The notes beneath the pieces are model-generated. The model saw only the letters and a program-made list of their open reading frames with translations. It did no database searches and was not told the origin of the DNA. From positions 1,798,001 to 1,862,000 of the forward strand of contig NC_045730.1 in the NCBI RefSeq assembly GCF_009834535.1: a DNA stretch of 64,000 nt. The letters run 5' to 3'. Source of the stretch: Camelus ferus (lineage: Eukaryota). Numbering within the stretch: position 1 is the first letter of the stretch; the number at the start of each line of letters is the position of its first letter. The translations under genes and the position numbers were made by a program. This document shows, piece by piece, positions 11,001 through 23,000 of the stretch.

Positions 11001-14000
11001 CTCGGGCAGCGTGTTCAGGCTGGACAGCGCTCGGAAGTAGACCAGGCCGTTGGTGGGCTGCGCGCAGAGCTGCACCGGCGTCTCGCCGCCTGCGGGGGCG
11101 AGAGGCACCCTGAGCTTTCAACATTTTTACCACATAACCGTCGTTTACTATCTTTAAAATGCTAATGCTTTCCAAGGATGGAGATTTAACATTTATATTA
11201 ACTAAAAAACAAAACAAAACCCTACTCATTTGCTACAATGCAGACAAATTTCCCTCCTGTACTTTTATTATGGCAAAACCTGCAAGTCTTCAGCCCTCAG
11301 TGACCCCTGCTTTCCGAAGAGCGAGCGCAGTCAGCATGCCCTGGGGCCGGTGGCCCCCCAGCCCTCCAGCCGCCTCCCCACCTGCACTCGGAAGCCCTGG
11401 CGTCAGTGTGGCCTCCGCTCCGGCAACAAGTGACCTCACTGCCCCCACCGCCCAGGCCCCTGCCGGAACGGCCTGGGCTCCAGCGTCTAACCCCGCACAG
11501 AGCCCGAACCAGCCGAGGACGTGCGGCTTTACTGATGACTCAGTACTTGGCTGGTTCTTTCCACGGGCACTTAAAGCTCCACCGACAAACCAAACCTGAA
11601 GGGTTAAAGGGCCAGTGGGACGTCAACCCGGCTTCCCGGAAGCCTGGTTGGGAAGAGGGTTCATTTACGGGTGTGCACACATGCACACACCAGCCGGGTG
11701 TGGTACCCAGGCTGCCCCGCTGGAAGAGCAGGAGGCAGACACGCCCCAGAGGTCAAGGGGGTGCTGGTGCCCAGCCTGAAACCCCAAACCAGGTGCCGGG
11801 CCGCGGTCGGACGTCCTCGGGCCACGGTGGCAGAGCCAAATCCTGGCCACATGGAAGCACCACGTCCCAGGCGTGTCCCCTGCGTCAGGCAGAATTCAGA
11901 GTGACACGGGCCCGACCTGGGGGGGCTCCGTGATGGAGCAGCAGCAGCTGTCCCCCCCACATGGCCTGACGCAGGCCGGGCCCCGTGGACACCCGAGCCG
12001 GGGGAGCAAGCTTGGACGGACAGCACAGGAGGCAGCAGGACGCCTGTCTGACCCGCCCAGGAAATACAGCCCCTCCCGGGTCCACGCCCAGCGTCACAGC
12101 GAGTACCTGCTACAGAAATGTGTGTGTGCGCGCGGTGGGGGGGGGGGGCGCGTGACGACACAGGGGCTCAGACGCCCTCCCTGGTACGCTGGGCGGGACC
12201 CAAGCCGGGTGCCAGCCCACTGACCTGCCAGCACCACGTCCAGCTCCGTCACCGGGATGCGGGGCTCGATGTCTGACACCTTCAACGCAGGCAGGCAGGA
12301 CGCATCTTGGGGTCGACTCTGCTGGGTCTGTAGCTCTAACCCTAGAAGGTGGGGGATGGACCTTCAGGACGACACTGAAAAGGCCCCGTGCAGCCATCTC
12401 CTGTCTGCTGAGGCCCAGGACGGGTCGGCCACGCAGGTGTGTGCCGGGAGCTGGGCCACCGCTATCCCAGGTGTCCCCTGTGCCCAAGGAAGCCAGCGCA
12501 TAAGCGCGCCCACCGCTCAGCAGGCGGCACGGTGGCTCAGTCCCACCCCAGCGGTTACAGGAATGACTCTGCTGGACGTGGGGGCGGGGGGAGCTTCGTC
12601 CACGCAGCTTCCCCTCCGTCCCCCAAATTCTGTGCAGACGGAACTTGCTTTCAGAGCTTTCAAACCACTTCTGGCTGGACTCAAACTCACTCACTTCTGT
12701 ACCTGTTTATTCTTATTTTCACTAATTTCCACAAAATACGTGTGTGACCACATACAGTTCACAAATCATAAAAAGGGGTAAAACACATCTTCTGGGCCCA
12801 ACCCTCCCCAGATGTGATGTGAGGGAGGCAGCCCTTTCTCGGGGTCATGCAGGGACCGGAGGCTTCAGTGCAGTGTGTGACCCCAGAGCCCCGGGCGTCA
12901 CAGGTGAGGTCCCCTCAACGTGGCCAGCAACCCCCCGCCCCGCCCCCCTCGGGCTCCCACCACCAGGTCCCCGGTGGAGGCCCCGGCCGGCCCCTCCCTC
13001 AGCCTCCCCCCACCCGCCGGGGACCCGCTCAAACCTCCTGGACTCAAGGCCCCTCACCTGGTCGTTACCCTGCCAACTGAGCGTCCCGACCCCCTGCCCA
13101 GACGCTGCCTCACTCGTGCTCTTGGAGAAGAAGGCCCTCTTGCCTCCCACCGGCCCAGTGCTGGCGACAGCGTGAAGGTCCTCGTCCCAGAGAACGTTCC
13201 CCGCCTGCCCCAACCCCACAGCCCCTCTAGGCACCGCCTCCCTCCCCAGATCCCAGGCCCTGCCGACCCCTCACGTGCATAGAAACACAGACACCAGAAC
13301 CGAGGATGCCTGGATGTTACTCCTGCCCTGGTCCTCACTGGTGTTTATCCACAGATTCCCCACACTGGGGGCCACACTGAAGACCTGCGGAGCCAAGGCA
13401 ACCATTCAGCACACCAGCATTGGGTCCTACTTAACAGAGCTCTGCAGTGATCCCCGAAACAAAACACACCTTTGTAACGGGGCCCCCACTCCTTCCCGTG
13501 CAGGGCTGGACAGGAACACAATGGTCTTCCTAACACAGCACAGCTCCACGGCCAGGCCAGGAATCTGACAACTGCGGGGACGCACGTCCTGTTGCTCAGG
13601 CATGGAATTACTGTCTGTGCTACAAACAGGCGGGGCCACAGCAAACGGAAAAGCTTCTAACAGCAAAGGACACTACGGAGGGGCAACGGCCGCTGCTCAG
13701 TGGGACAGAACGCCTGCAAATCAAGCACCACCTGGTGCGGAGCTAACACCCCAAACGTCTAAGGGAACCAACAGCGAAAACCAAACCATCCAATTAAAAA
13801 ACGGGCGGAGGATCTGAGCTAGCTTTCTTCCAAAGACACACAGGTGGCCAGCAGGTACTTGAACAGATGCTCAGCATCACTAATCATCAGGGAAACGCGG
13901 ATCAAACCCCGACGAGACATCACCTCACACCTGTCAGAGGGGCCAGCACCGAGAAGACCACAGATAACAAGTGTCGGCGAGGACGGGAGAAAAGGGGGCC

Positions 14001-17000
14001 CCTGTGCACCGCTGCTGGGAACGTAAACTGCGCAGCTGCCAGAGAGCAGCGTGGTGGAGAGCAGCGTGGAGGTTCCTCAAAAACCGAAAAACAGAACCGC
14101 CATGTGGTCTGGCAATTCCCCTCCTGGGTATGTATGCAAACAAAATGAAGACACTCACTTGTATAGACACGTGCACCCATGTTCACAGCAGCCAAGACAC
14201 GGGAGCAACCTAAGTGCCCGTCGACAGACGGCTGGATAGAGAAGTCGTGGGGTGTTTACAAACGGAGTACGATTCAGCCATAAAAGAGAAGGAAATCCTG
14301 CCATTTGCAGCAGCGTGACGGACCTCGAGGGCATCACGCTCAGTGAAGTCAGTCAGAGAAAGACAAACACCTACGATCTACTAACACGCGGAATCTGAAG
14401 AAGCAAAAACACAAAAAATCAAGCTCACAGATACGGAGAAAAGAATGGTGGCTGTGGGGCGGGTGGGAAAATGGAGGACGGGGGTCACAGGTACAAACCT
14501 GCGGTTGTAAGAGAACTCCGTCCTGGGGACGTGACAGGCAGCACGGCTACCGCGGTTACTGGCACCGCGCCGCGTGTCTGAAGACGCTGAGAGACTAAAC
14601 TTAATCGTTCTCATCCCAAGACGAAGTTGTAACCATGTGCAGCGATGGGCGTCACTGGGCTTACTGCGATGGTCGCCTCGTGACGTGTAATGTATCACAT
14701 ATTTACAGTGCACACCTGAAACTAGTACAGTGTTATATGTCAATTCTTCCTCAAAAAAAAACCTGGAAAAGGAAGCTGGAACCTGTCGGCTGGCACCCAC
14801 GACACAGACGCCTGTTCACTGCACCAGTCACAGTGAGCACACTGAATCTACGGCAGGTTTAAAGTAACTGCACGTCCAAACAAGAATTCAGACATAAAAA
14901 ACCGGTCACACACTGACATTAATTTTGTCTTTACAAGATTAAATCACCTCAAACTCAGCATGATCAAAAGGGAATTCCTTTCTACCTCAAGTCACCTCCG
15001 CCTCCTGACAAGCCTTGGACGTCTCACAACGCGGTCCGGGTGCAGGGGAGTGGTGCACGTGTGTTTGCTCGTGTGTGCGCTGTATGTACGTAATAACAGA
15101 CCCTATGTACGTCTAACTTAAGCGTGACGCCGTTCACAGCGACACGGCAGTGTGTGTGGTAAGACAACACGCCCTCACCTGGGAAGGGCCCCTGCAGGCA
15201 CCCCGCCCGTTCCGGTCTCACCGCCTTCTGTCCCCACAGCTTCGCCGTGTCCAGGGCTCCGAGGAGCGAGCCCCGTCAGCAGTGCCCCCTGCGCTGCTCA
15301 CTTCACTCAGCACAGCGCTTCTGAGACCGACGGCACCGGGGGCCCGGCCCCTGCGGGCCTCTGGCCGAGCAGCACTTCCCAGGCCCGCACCGTGTGGACA
15401 CCCGGCAGGTGGAAGTGAGGCGGGTCACGGCTCGCGTGGACGGACGCCTCCGTCCCTCTGGGGAAATACCGGGAGCAGACCCCGGCTGCACGGGGGAGCC
15501 CGTGAGCACCGTCCCACGACAGACGGGGTCTGTGTTCACCGCGCCGGCACCACACGGACCCAGCGGAGCTTCAGGACGTGCTCCGGGCCTGTCCCCCCGA
15601 CCTGCCTCCCCTGAACCCACGGCGCACACCGTCCACACGGCCCGATGGGCGGCTCACTGTGAACCGCGACGCAACACGCTCAGCGGCCTGTTACAGCCCC
15701 CGCGCGGAGAGGCCATGCGTCAAACCTGGAAAGCGGATAAACCTTGCAAAGCCACCTCTTTCCCAGCTCCTGCCTTTGCTGCTGGAGCACAGGGTGGCTT
15801 CGGAGCACACGGTCAGCCCTCCTGGGGCTGAACCCACTGCACGGAGCGCGGAGCTCTGCAGGCGCCCGGTGAGCACTGTCCGTGGAGACGACACCTGTCT
15901 CCACCCCTTTACCGCCGGGGAGCCCGGTGGGCTGGGGAAGGCGGGGGCAGGGCTGGCGCGGACCTTTCTCGTAGATCCGCTGCTTGTCCTCCGGGGAGAG
16001 AGAGTCGACCTTCTGCTTCAGTTTCTCTGCCTCCACCTGTGCCTGCTTCTCGGCATACTGGTCGTCTGGCTTCATGGACAGAATCAGCTTATGCCGATTA
16101 TCCTGCAACAAGCAGAGCAACAAAGGGACAGATGGGAACAGACTTCATCATGTCCGGCGCCCCGAGCGAGCCCCTCCCAGAGCCACCGTCGGCCTGCAGT
16201 TCTGTTTTCCCATCGCACATGGAGATCTCGACAGGACTCGGCCAGAGGGCTGCGTGCGGGGGCACTCGAGCCACGGTGGTCCTTCCAGCCCCTGTGCTCT
16301 GCCCTGACGACCTGCGTGGTCCCCACGTGCGGCTATCACTGCTACGGGACGACAGTCACCATGGTTACCGGGTCGGAACCAGGACAACTGGACATTCGCT
16401 TCCTCTACACCTTGGCTGTGCAAAGAAACTGCTTGCACTTTTTATTGTTATAAATCTTTGGCTTTAGCTGAAATTGAAGATAACGTGGAGTAAAATCTAA
16501 TCTTCATCTAGTCTTCATTATACCAACAACTTATCAAAGGCTGGAACTGAATTCCTCGTTCTGTACACTGTAAATTATGAGGACCAAGTAAATGCTGACC
16601 TGAGATAAAAATGAATGCTAGGTGGCTTAACATGCCTCCCCTATTTCAGCAACTAGAGCCACACGCAAAGGCTCACCTGTAACACTACGACAGCGGGAGA
16701 ACTTCACGCAAAACAGCCTGTAACTCACAGCGACCTTGGCCCGAATGCCCACACACGCCCCGCGCCCCGAACACTGGCGCTCAGACCACGGCCACCCCCA
16801 CCACGGGACAGCCCTCCCCATCGGGCAAGGCCTCGAGGACCTTTACCCCGCCAGTGGCGGAGACCCACCAAGAACACACACCAAGTGCAGGAGCCCACAA
16901 GCCTAGGGAAACAGCGGGCAGCGCAGACGAGCCCTTCGGAACAACCACCAGAACGTCCACACACGGAGGCGCCTCTTGTGTGTGATCCTTCCACCAGCGG

Positions 17001-20000
17001 AACAAACGCACAGGCGGATGTCCCCTTACACACACACCCACACACGCACACTCACACGTGAAGAATACACGCACATACTCAGAAAAAACCAACTTGCATG
17101 AAAACCTGAAAAACGTTTTTAAAGCTAACATGACCATTTACACTTTTAATAACTAAGAAATTACATCACCCGTTTACTAACACAATGCAGATCATACTCC
17201 TCATACTCCTCTCATTACTATAAAATTCACCTCCAAAATTACACTCTCCAATCGTCTTACCTTAAAGTACTGTTTTAGTTTTTCTTGCAAAAACTTGGGA
17301 TTCTCCTCCAGGCGCTGCCTGAACCGAGCCACCTGGCTCCCCAGCTTCAGGCACTCCACGGGGTCCCCGCCATGATTCCAGCAGGAAGCCACGTGCTGCA
17401 GAGGAGTTACAGCACCCTGCACGTGACCCCGCGGACTCCGCGTCAGCTCAGGAGCCTCACAGGCCTGGCTTGCCCTTGAGACCCCAGTTTCCACATTTAA
17501 AACACCACAGGTGACTGTTCATAACAAAAGCTAAGTCACTCTTTCTCCAGAAGAAGAAAAATTAAACTCACTTTGTGCTTTTTTCCTAATAAACTAAAAA
17601 GCACAGGTTTAAAAATTACTTTTTGCAAAATATAATTACCAACAGCTCGACAGTTATTATAAATCTCTGCCCATTTAAACTACTGTGTAAATCTAAGACG
17701 TTGAAAAGTTAATGAAGTAATAAGCTAGTAAAAGAACCATGTTTTTTTTTTAAATTTTAATTTCACTTTACTAGTTCTTTTATTTTTTTAATTTTTGGGG
17801 TTTTGGGGGGGTGATTAGATTTATTTTTTAATTTTTTTAGTGGTGGCACTGGGGATTGAACCCAGGACCTCATGCACGCTAGGCACGCACTCTACCACTG
17901 AGCTATACCCTCCCCTCAAAACACAATGTATTGTAAAACTAAATTAACAGTAGTTTTGTATCAGATCCCAAACATTGTAACCTTCAAGGTTCAAATGAAA
18001 GGTGCTGTGAGTAACAATCTACACTTTCAAGAACCACTAACACAAAAGCAACGAGAGAAGGAGGTGTCTGAGAAATTAATTACACACAGACGCCAGGGCG
18101 AGTCCAAAGCTGGCAGACTGGTGCTTCATCTGTATTTCAACTTTATGAAGTAAAGCTTCGATTCGATCGTCTTCAAATCCTTGCCTACAGAAACATCAAG
18201 AACTCAGACGTTGAAATCAATGGTTGTGAACAAGGAAGCAGAGATAATACTCCAACAGCTGACGGGGAGGAATTCAGCTGTGCTGCGTGAGGAGATGCCG
18301 GCCCCCAACCTACCCCCCCAGCCCAGGAGCTGGGGCAAGCCTGTCCCCGCATGCTCACGTACAGGATGACGTCATCCAGCGTCCGGTCCACGAGGTCCCG
18401 GACCGTCTGGATGTCCTTCTCGGCGATGCCCTGCAGGCCCACGCTGAAGTAGGCCTCCCTCGTGCAGCCGTTATACCTGGATCACAAAGGCAGAGGACGC
18501 CTTGGAATCTAGTTTCCACTGTTCCTTAGGACGCGTGCCCCTGGAAGATCAAATACGCTACAGCGCAGGGCTGAGAACTTCAGACCCCACGCGGCAGCCA
18601 CCAACGCAGAGTACCCAGGCGCTCGCTCCTCAGATACAACTGGTCAGTCTACATTTGTAAAATCACCATGGTTTAAACTTCGGAGTACCAGGAAAAGAGG
18701 ACTCCGGAGTCTCACAAAATCTTAAGATTTCAACGAACATTTAGTGACCTGACTTCTAAAACAGGTAACAACTTGCCGGTGGTTCTGAGATCCTGGAAGA
18801 GCTACCTTGCTGGGTTTTGTTTTTTTGCAGAATGTCCCCTGCAGGGACATAAACAGCCTGTACAGGAACCAAAGCTGGGGTGGGAAGGGCCGTCCTGCGA
18901 CTGAGGGACGTGGAGCCCCCTACACCCCCGACCCCCACCCACCGGCTGTGCCAACCCACGATGGGTCCAGACACTGTCAAACGTCAAGCTGCCCCCAGCC
19001 GTGGACTGAGGATCTGACCTGACAGGAAAACGTACCCAGCGTCAGGAGAAAAGTCTGTGCCGAGTCCAGATTCGACAAGGGCTTTGTAGAAGGGGGAGTT
19101 GGGGCCGCTGATCAGGAGGGAGGACAAAAGGCTCAAGGTGAAGGCTTCAAACGTGTTGGTGATGCTTCATTTATACAAGCGGGGCGCAGAGAAAAGGGGG
19201 AAACAGTTGGTTCTCACAAATGTTTTCAAAGTCATTAAAATCACCGCTAAATTATCACTTCTATTTCCCCCCCAAAACTGAATTTCTACCAGAATTTCTT
19301 GCATCTCAACCTCTATTTGCATAGTTAAATGGACAAAAAAAAAAAAAAGAATATATTTTGGTTTGAAAAGCTCTTGAGTACTGGGTTTTGGGGGGGGTCC
19401 CAAACCACAAGGCTTACACGGCTGTGGATGGAGTGCTATCACAGGTTGGCGCCTAGCACCCGGATGGGCACTATCTACTGTAACCGCCCCGTCCACACGG
19501 ACGTAAACGCTGAGGGAGCGGGGCCACTTGGTCAAGCTGTGCAGCCACAGAGGACAGCACCCAGCAGCGTGGCCAGACTCCTTCCTGCCCACACGTCCTG
19601 AGCGCCCAGACCTCTACGTTCAGAGTCTTGTGTGTTCAGTATTTTTCTGCGTCCAGAGTTCACAGTCGTTCTTCATGCTCAGACGCACCTGTGACCCCAG
19701 TCCTAAACCCCAAACCAGCCTGGACGTGGTTGCAAACACCTGACATCCAACACCTGCTGGCTTCCCATGGGGGTGTTGCCCCCGACCTCCCACTGGCCCT
19801 GTCCCTCTGGGTCCCGCAGACACTCACTCTGGCAGGAGGAAGCTGACGCTGACCGTTGTCTGCTCAGAGGACCCCGCAGCCAGTGAGTCCCGGGCACACG
19901 TGATCTGGAACTCCCTCTGCAAGAGGACGGGGCATGTTACGTGGGCAGAGGATACGTGCACGGGTCTAAGCAAGCAGCCGTTACCGGATGTAGAAAATGG

Positions 20001-23000
20001 TCCAAGAGACACTTCCCACTAAATTTAACTTTCCTTTCAAACAAGTAACCATTCTTCAGGCTCGAGAAGCTCTTAAACACAGGGCAGTGCCCACAGCATT
20101 CTGGCAACAGCCGTCGGAGCCTCCCTCTGCGCACGGTGAACAGGCGTGGGCGGGGTACCGCTCCACGGCGCACCCACCGGCTCCGGCCACGGCCGCTGCG
20201 CGGGCACCGCCGTCCGCGGCTCAATCTTCTCAAATTTACTCAGCGCTTCTTCATGAATTTGCTTCAGATGCTGTTCCAGCGGGAAGTCACCGTAAGTGAA
20301 GAACCTGAAATTTTGAGGGAGTATCTCAGCCGATGTTAGGTTAAAAGGTCAGAAGCCAACGCAGACGGCTTCGTGTAAAGTGGGCGGTTTGCAGGTGCGA
20401 CAGCCACCACGGAGCCGGGTCCTGGGCCAACGCGACCGCCGCATGGGGCCACTTTTTCCCACTTGGCTTAACCACAGACACCAATAGAGGCTTCTGCTCT
20501 GTTTATAAGACGTGGTTTAAACAAAGCACAAACTGTACAAGGGGTTAAATGTAAGTCTGGCAAAAACTGCTCTTCATTTTGAATCCACTACAAAACAAAG
20601 GAGCCGCAAAACCCAGACAAGCTACACATGGGAAGACTTCAGGCCTCCGCCGCGCTGACACAGTGACGCATCTGAGCCTAACTGATAAGACTCAGAACGT
20701 CATGAAGGTCACATTTAGGCTACAGATTTCAGACCACACATGTTTTAAGGCAACACAGTATTCACCCAGGGGATTAAGGAGACAATGACAGGCTTGATCT
20801 GTTTAATATAACGTTGTCTGAGCTACGCTTAAAGGTTTGGGAACTAGAATCTTAAAGATCCTTTCAAACCTTCTACTCAAAGTTTAGAAAGTGAAAATCA
20901 AAGTTTAGCAGTGAGCGCCCCCCGGCGTCTGCCCGCATTCAGGGCAGGAGGGGCGCCCACCACGCTGGGCGTCCAAGTCAGAATCTTGTCTAAACTCACA
21001 CGGTTAAAAGCAAACCTTTCCACGGCAAACGAGGGAGAAGCATTCGGGGCAGGAAGAGCTAAGGGCCGGCCGCAAGGCGCGTCACCTGGCGTTGCTGGGG
21101 TGGTAGTGTGTGGCGTGGAACTGCCTCAGCTGCTCCCACGTGAGGTCTGGGATGCACAAGGGGTCCCCTCCGGAGACCACAGCGTACGTGTGGTCGGGGA
21201 GCAGGCGGCTCTGCAGGTGCTGCGAGAATATCCTCTCGTTGTCTGCCTTCGGGTTAAAACACAGGGCGCGTGAGAAGCAGCGCACACACTGTGCCTGCGG
21301 CTCGGCGAGGGGCCACGATCGGGGGCTGCACGCCAACATCTCGTGGTAAACAGGGACGCCCACCCAGACACACCCTTTAGCAACGAGGGGTTCTCAATCA
21401 CGCGTGTTCTTCGACACGGTGCTACTGCGCGTTTACCAGCCCAGAGCACGGCGTCAGCACGACGTCAGTGGAAACCGGCAATCAAACACGCGTGTGACTC
21501 GCTTCACCGCGGTATTCACTTGACCGCGGCGGTCCTGACCCGAGAACTCGAGATGTAGTTAGACTCCGTAAACCCCACTGTATACTCGGGCCAGGAAGAC
21601 GGGAGGAGACCACGCCCCAGCCTCCGCGGCCGCCGCTCACAGCGCTGTCCCCGCCAACTCAACACTCAGCGCCACACAGGATGTCGTCGGAGCCTGTGTT
21701 TCAGCACTTTGCACAGCAGGATGTCGTCAACACAACAAAGGGAAACACTCACAAACGCGCCCTTCATCTCATTAAAGACGACTCCTTTAAAGACCAAGGG
21801 CGTCTGCGGGTCGTTTGGGTCCTCGTGCTCCAGCCGCCACCCTTCCTGCCTGAGGAGTGACTGACAATTACACGAGGACAGTGACTCCGTCACCAAAGCA
21901 CAGGCCAGGGAACCAGTCACCACTTACCAGAAGTCCAGTTCCCGCAAGCACGGGAAGAAGACTGCATCCAGGTACACGGACAGGAGGTTCTGGAAGTCCT
22001 TGGGGTTTTGTGTGGAAAACGGGTACAGGGTGTAATCACTAGCTGCACACAAAGGAAGACATGTGACGACACAGCCGCCCCACAGGAAGCGCCCACGCAG
22101 CCCCGCCCCGCCCCAACGGCCCACGGCAGAGGCAGCCGCAGGCCTGGGAGGCCGGCCTGGCCCACAGAGCACCCCCCGCACTCGCTCGAAACAGGTGGCT
22201 GAGCCCCGTCGGCCCAGCCCACCACCAACCTGTGTCCTACGGCCCAGAGCCCAGAGCCCAGCGCCCAGCGCCAGCTCCACAGGCCGAGCCCCACAGCCAC
22301 ACTCCCCAGAGAAGACGGCTGTCGCCTTTTCCCTCAAACTCCAGTTTTTACAATCAGCCCCAACCCATCCCAAAGGGATGACACTTCCAACGTCCCCAGC
22401 CCGACAGAAAACGGTGTGCCCTGGGCCCCACGGCAGAGGGAAGGCGGCTCTGGGCCGGGCCGGGCCGGCGTCTCACCCGTGAAGGCGTTCATGAACGTGG
22501 ACAGCGACCTGTTCAGCATCTTGAAGAAAGGGTCCCTGCAGGGGTACTTCCGCGAGCCGCACAGGACCGTGTGCTCCAGGACGTGGGGCACGCCGCTGCT
22601 GTCCAGTGGGGTGGTGCGGAACTGCACGCTGTGGAGGACCGACAGAGCCCGGGCACGCGGTCACTCGGACCATTGGGACACAGGCCACGGCAGCCTCCCC
22701 GCCTCTCAGGACTGCACACGCAGCCCCGGGCCTGCAGGGAGCCGAGGGTGTGAACTCCTCCACCCTGCCCTCGCGCTTCCTGGATGCTGTCAGGACTGGT
22801 ATCTTAAACTAGCGTAGGTGCGGGAGATGCTCGAAGCAGAGCTCTCAGAAGGGGGCCGGAGGGCACACCACACACCTGAACAAGTTGTTCCTGTCCTCCC
22901 TGGCCAGGTGCAAGTACCGTGCTCCTGTGCCGTCATGGCTGAGCTTCACGGCAGTCAGGCACAGCTCGGGTACAGACGTGACCTGAACCAACAAGGAAAA

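Noticed and set aside
8340-16453. Long plus-strand ORFs inside PITRM1 (8340-9164, 15578-16453)
   Set aside because: Antisense shadows of GC-rich exons and introns; no homology or coding-like structure.
17840-17915. Apparent tRNA-Ala(AGC) gene
   Set aside because: The acceptor stem is mismatched, it has the GGGGAGGG 5' extension and an A-rich tail, and a second degenerate copy with a target-site duplication exists at 29.7 kb. It is a SINE.
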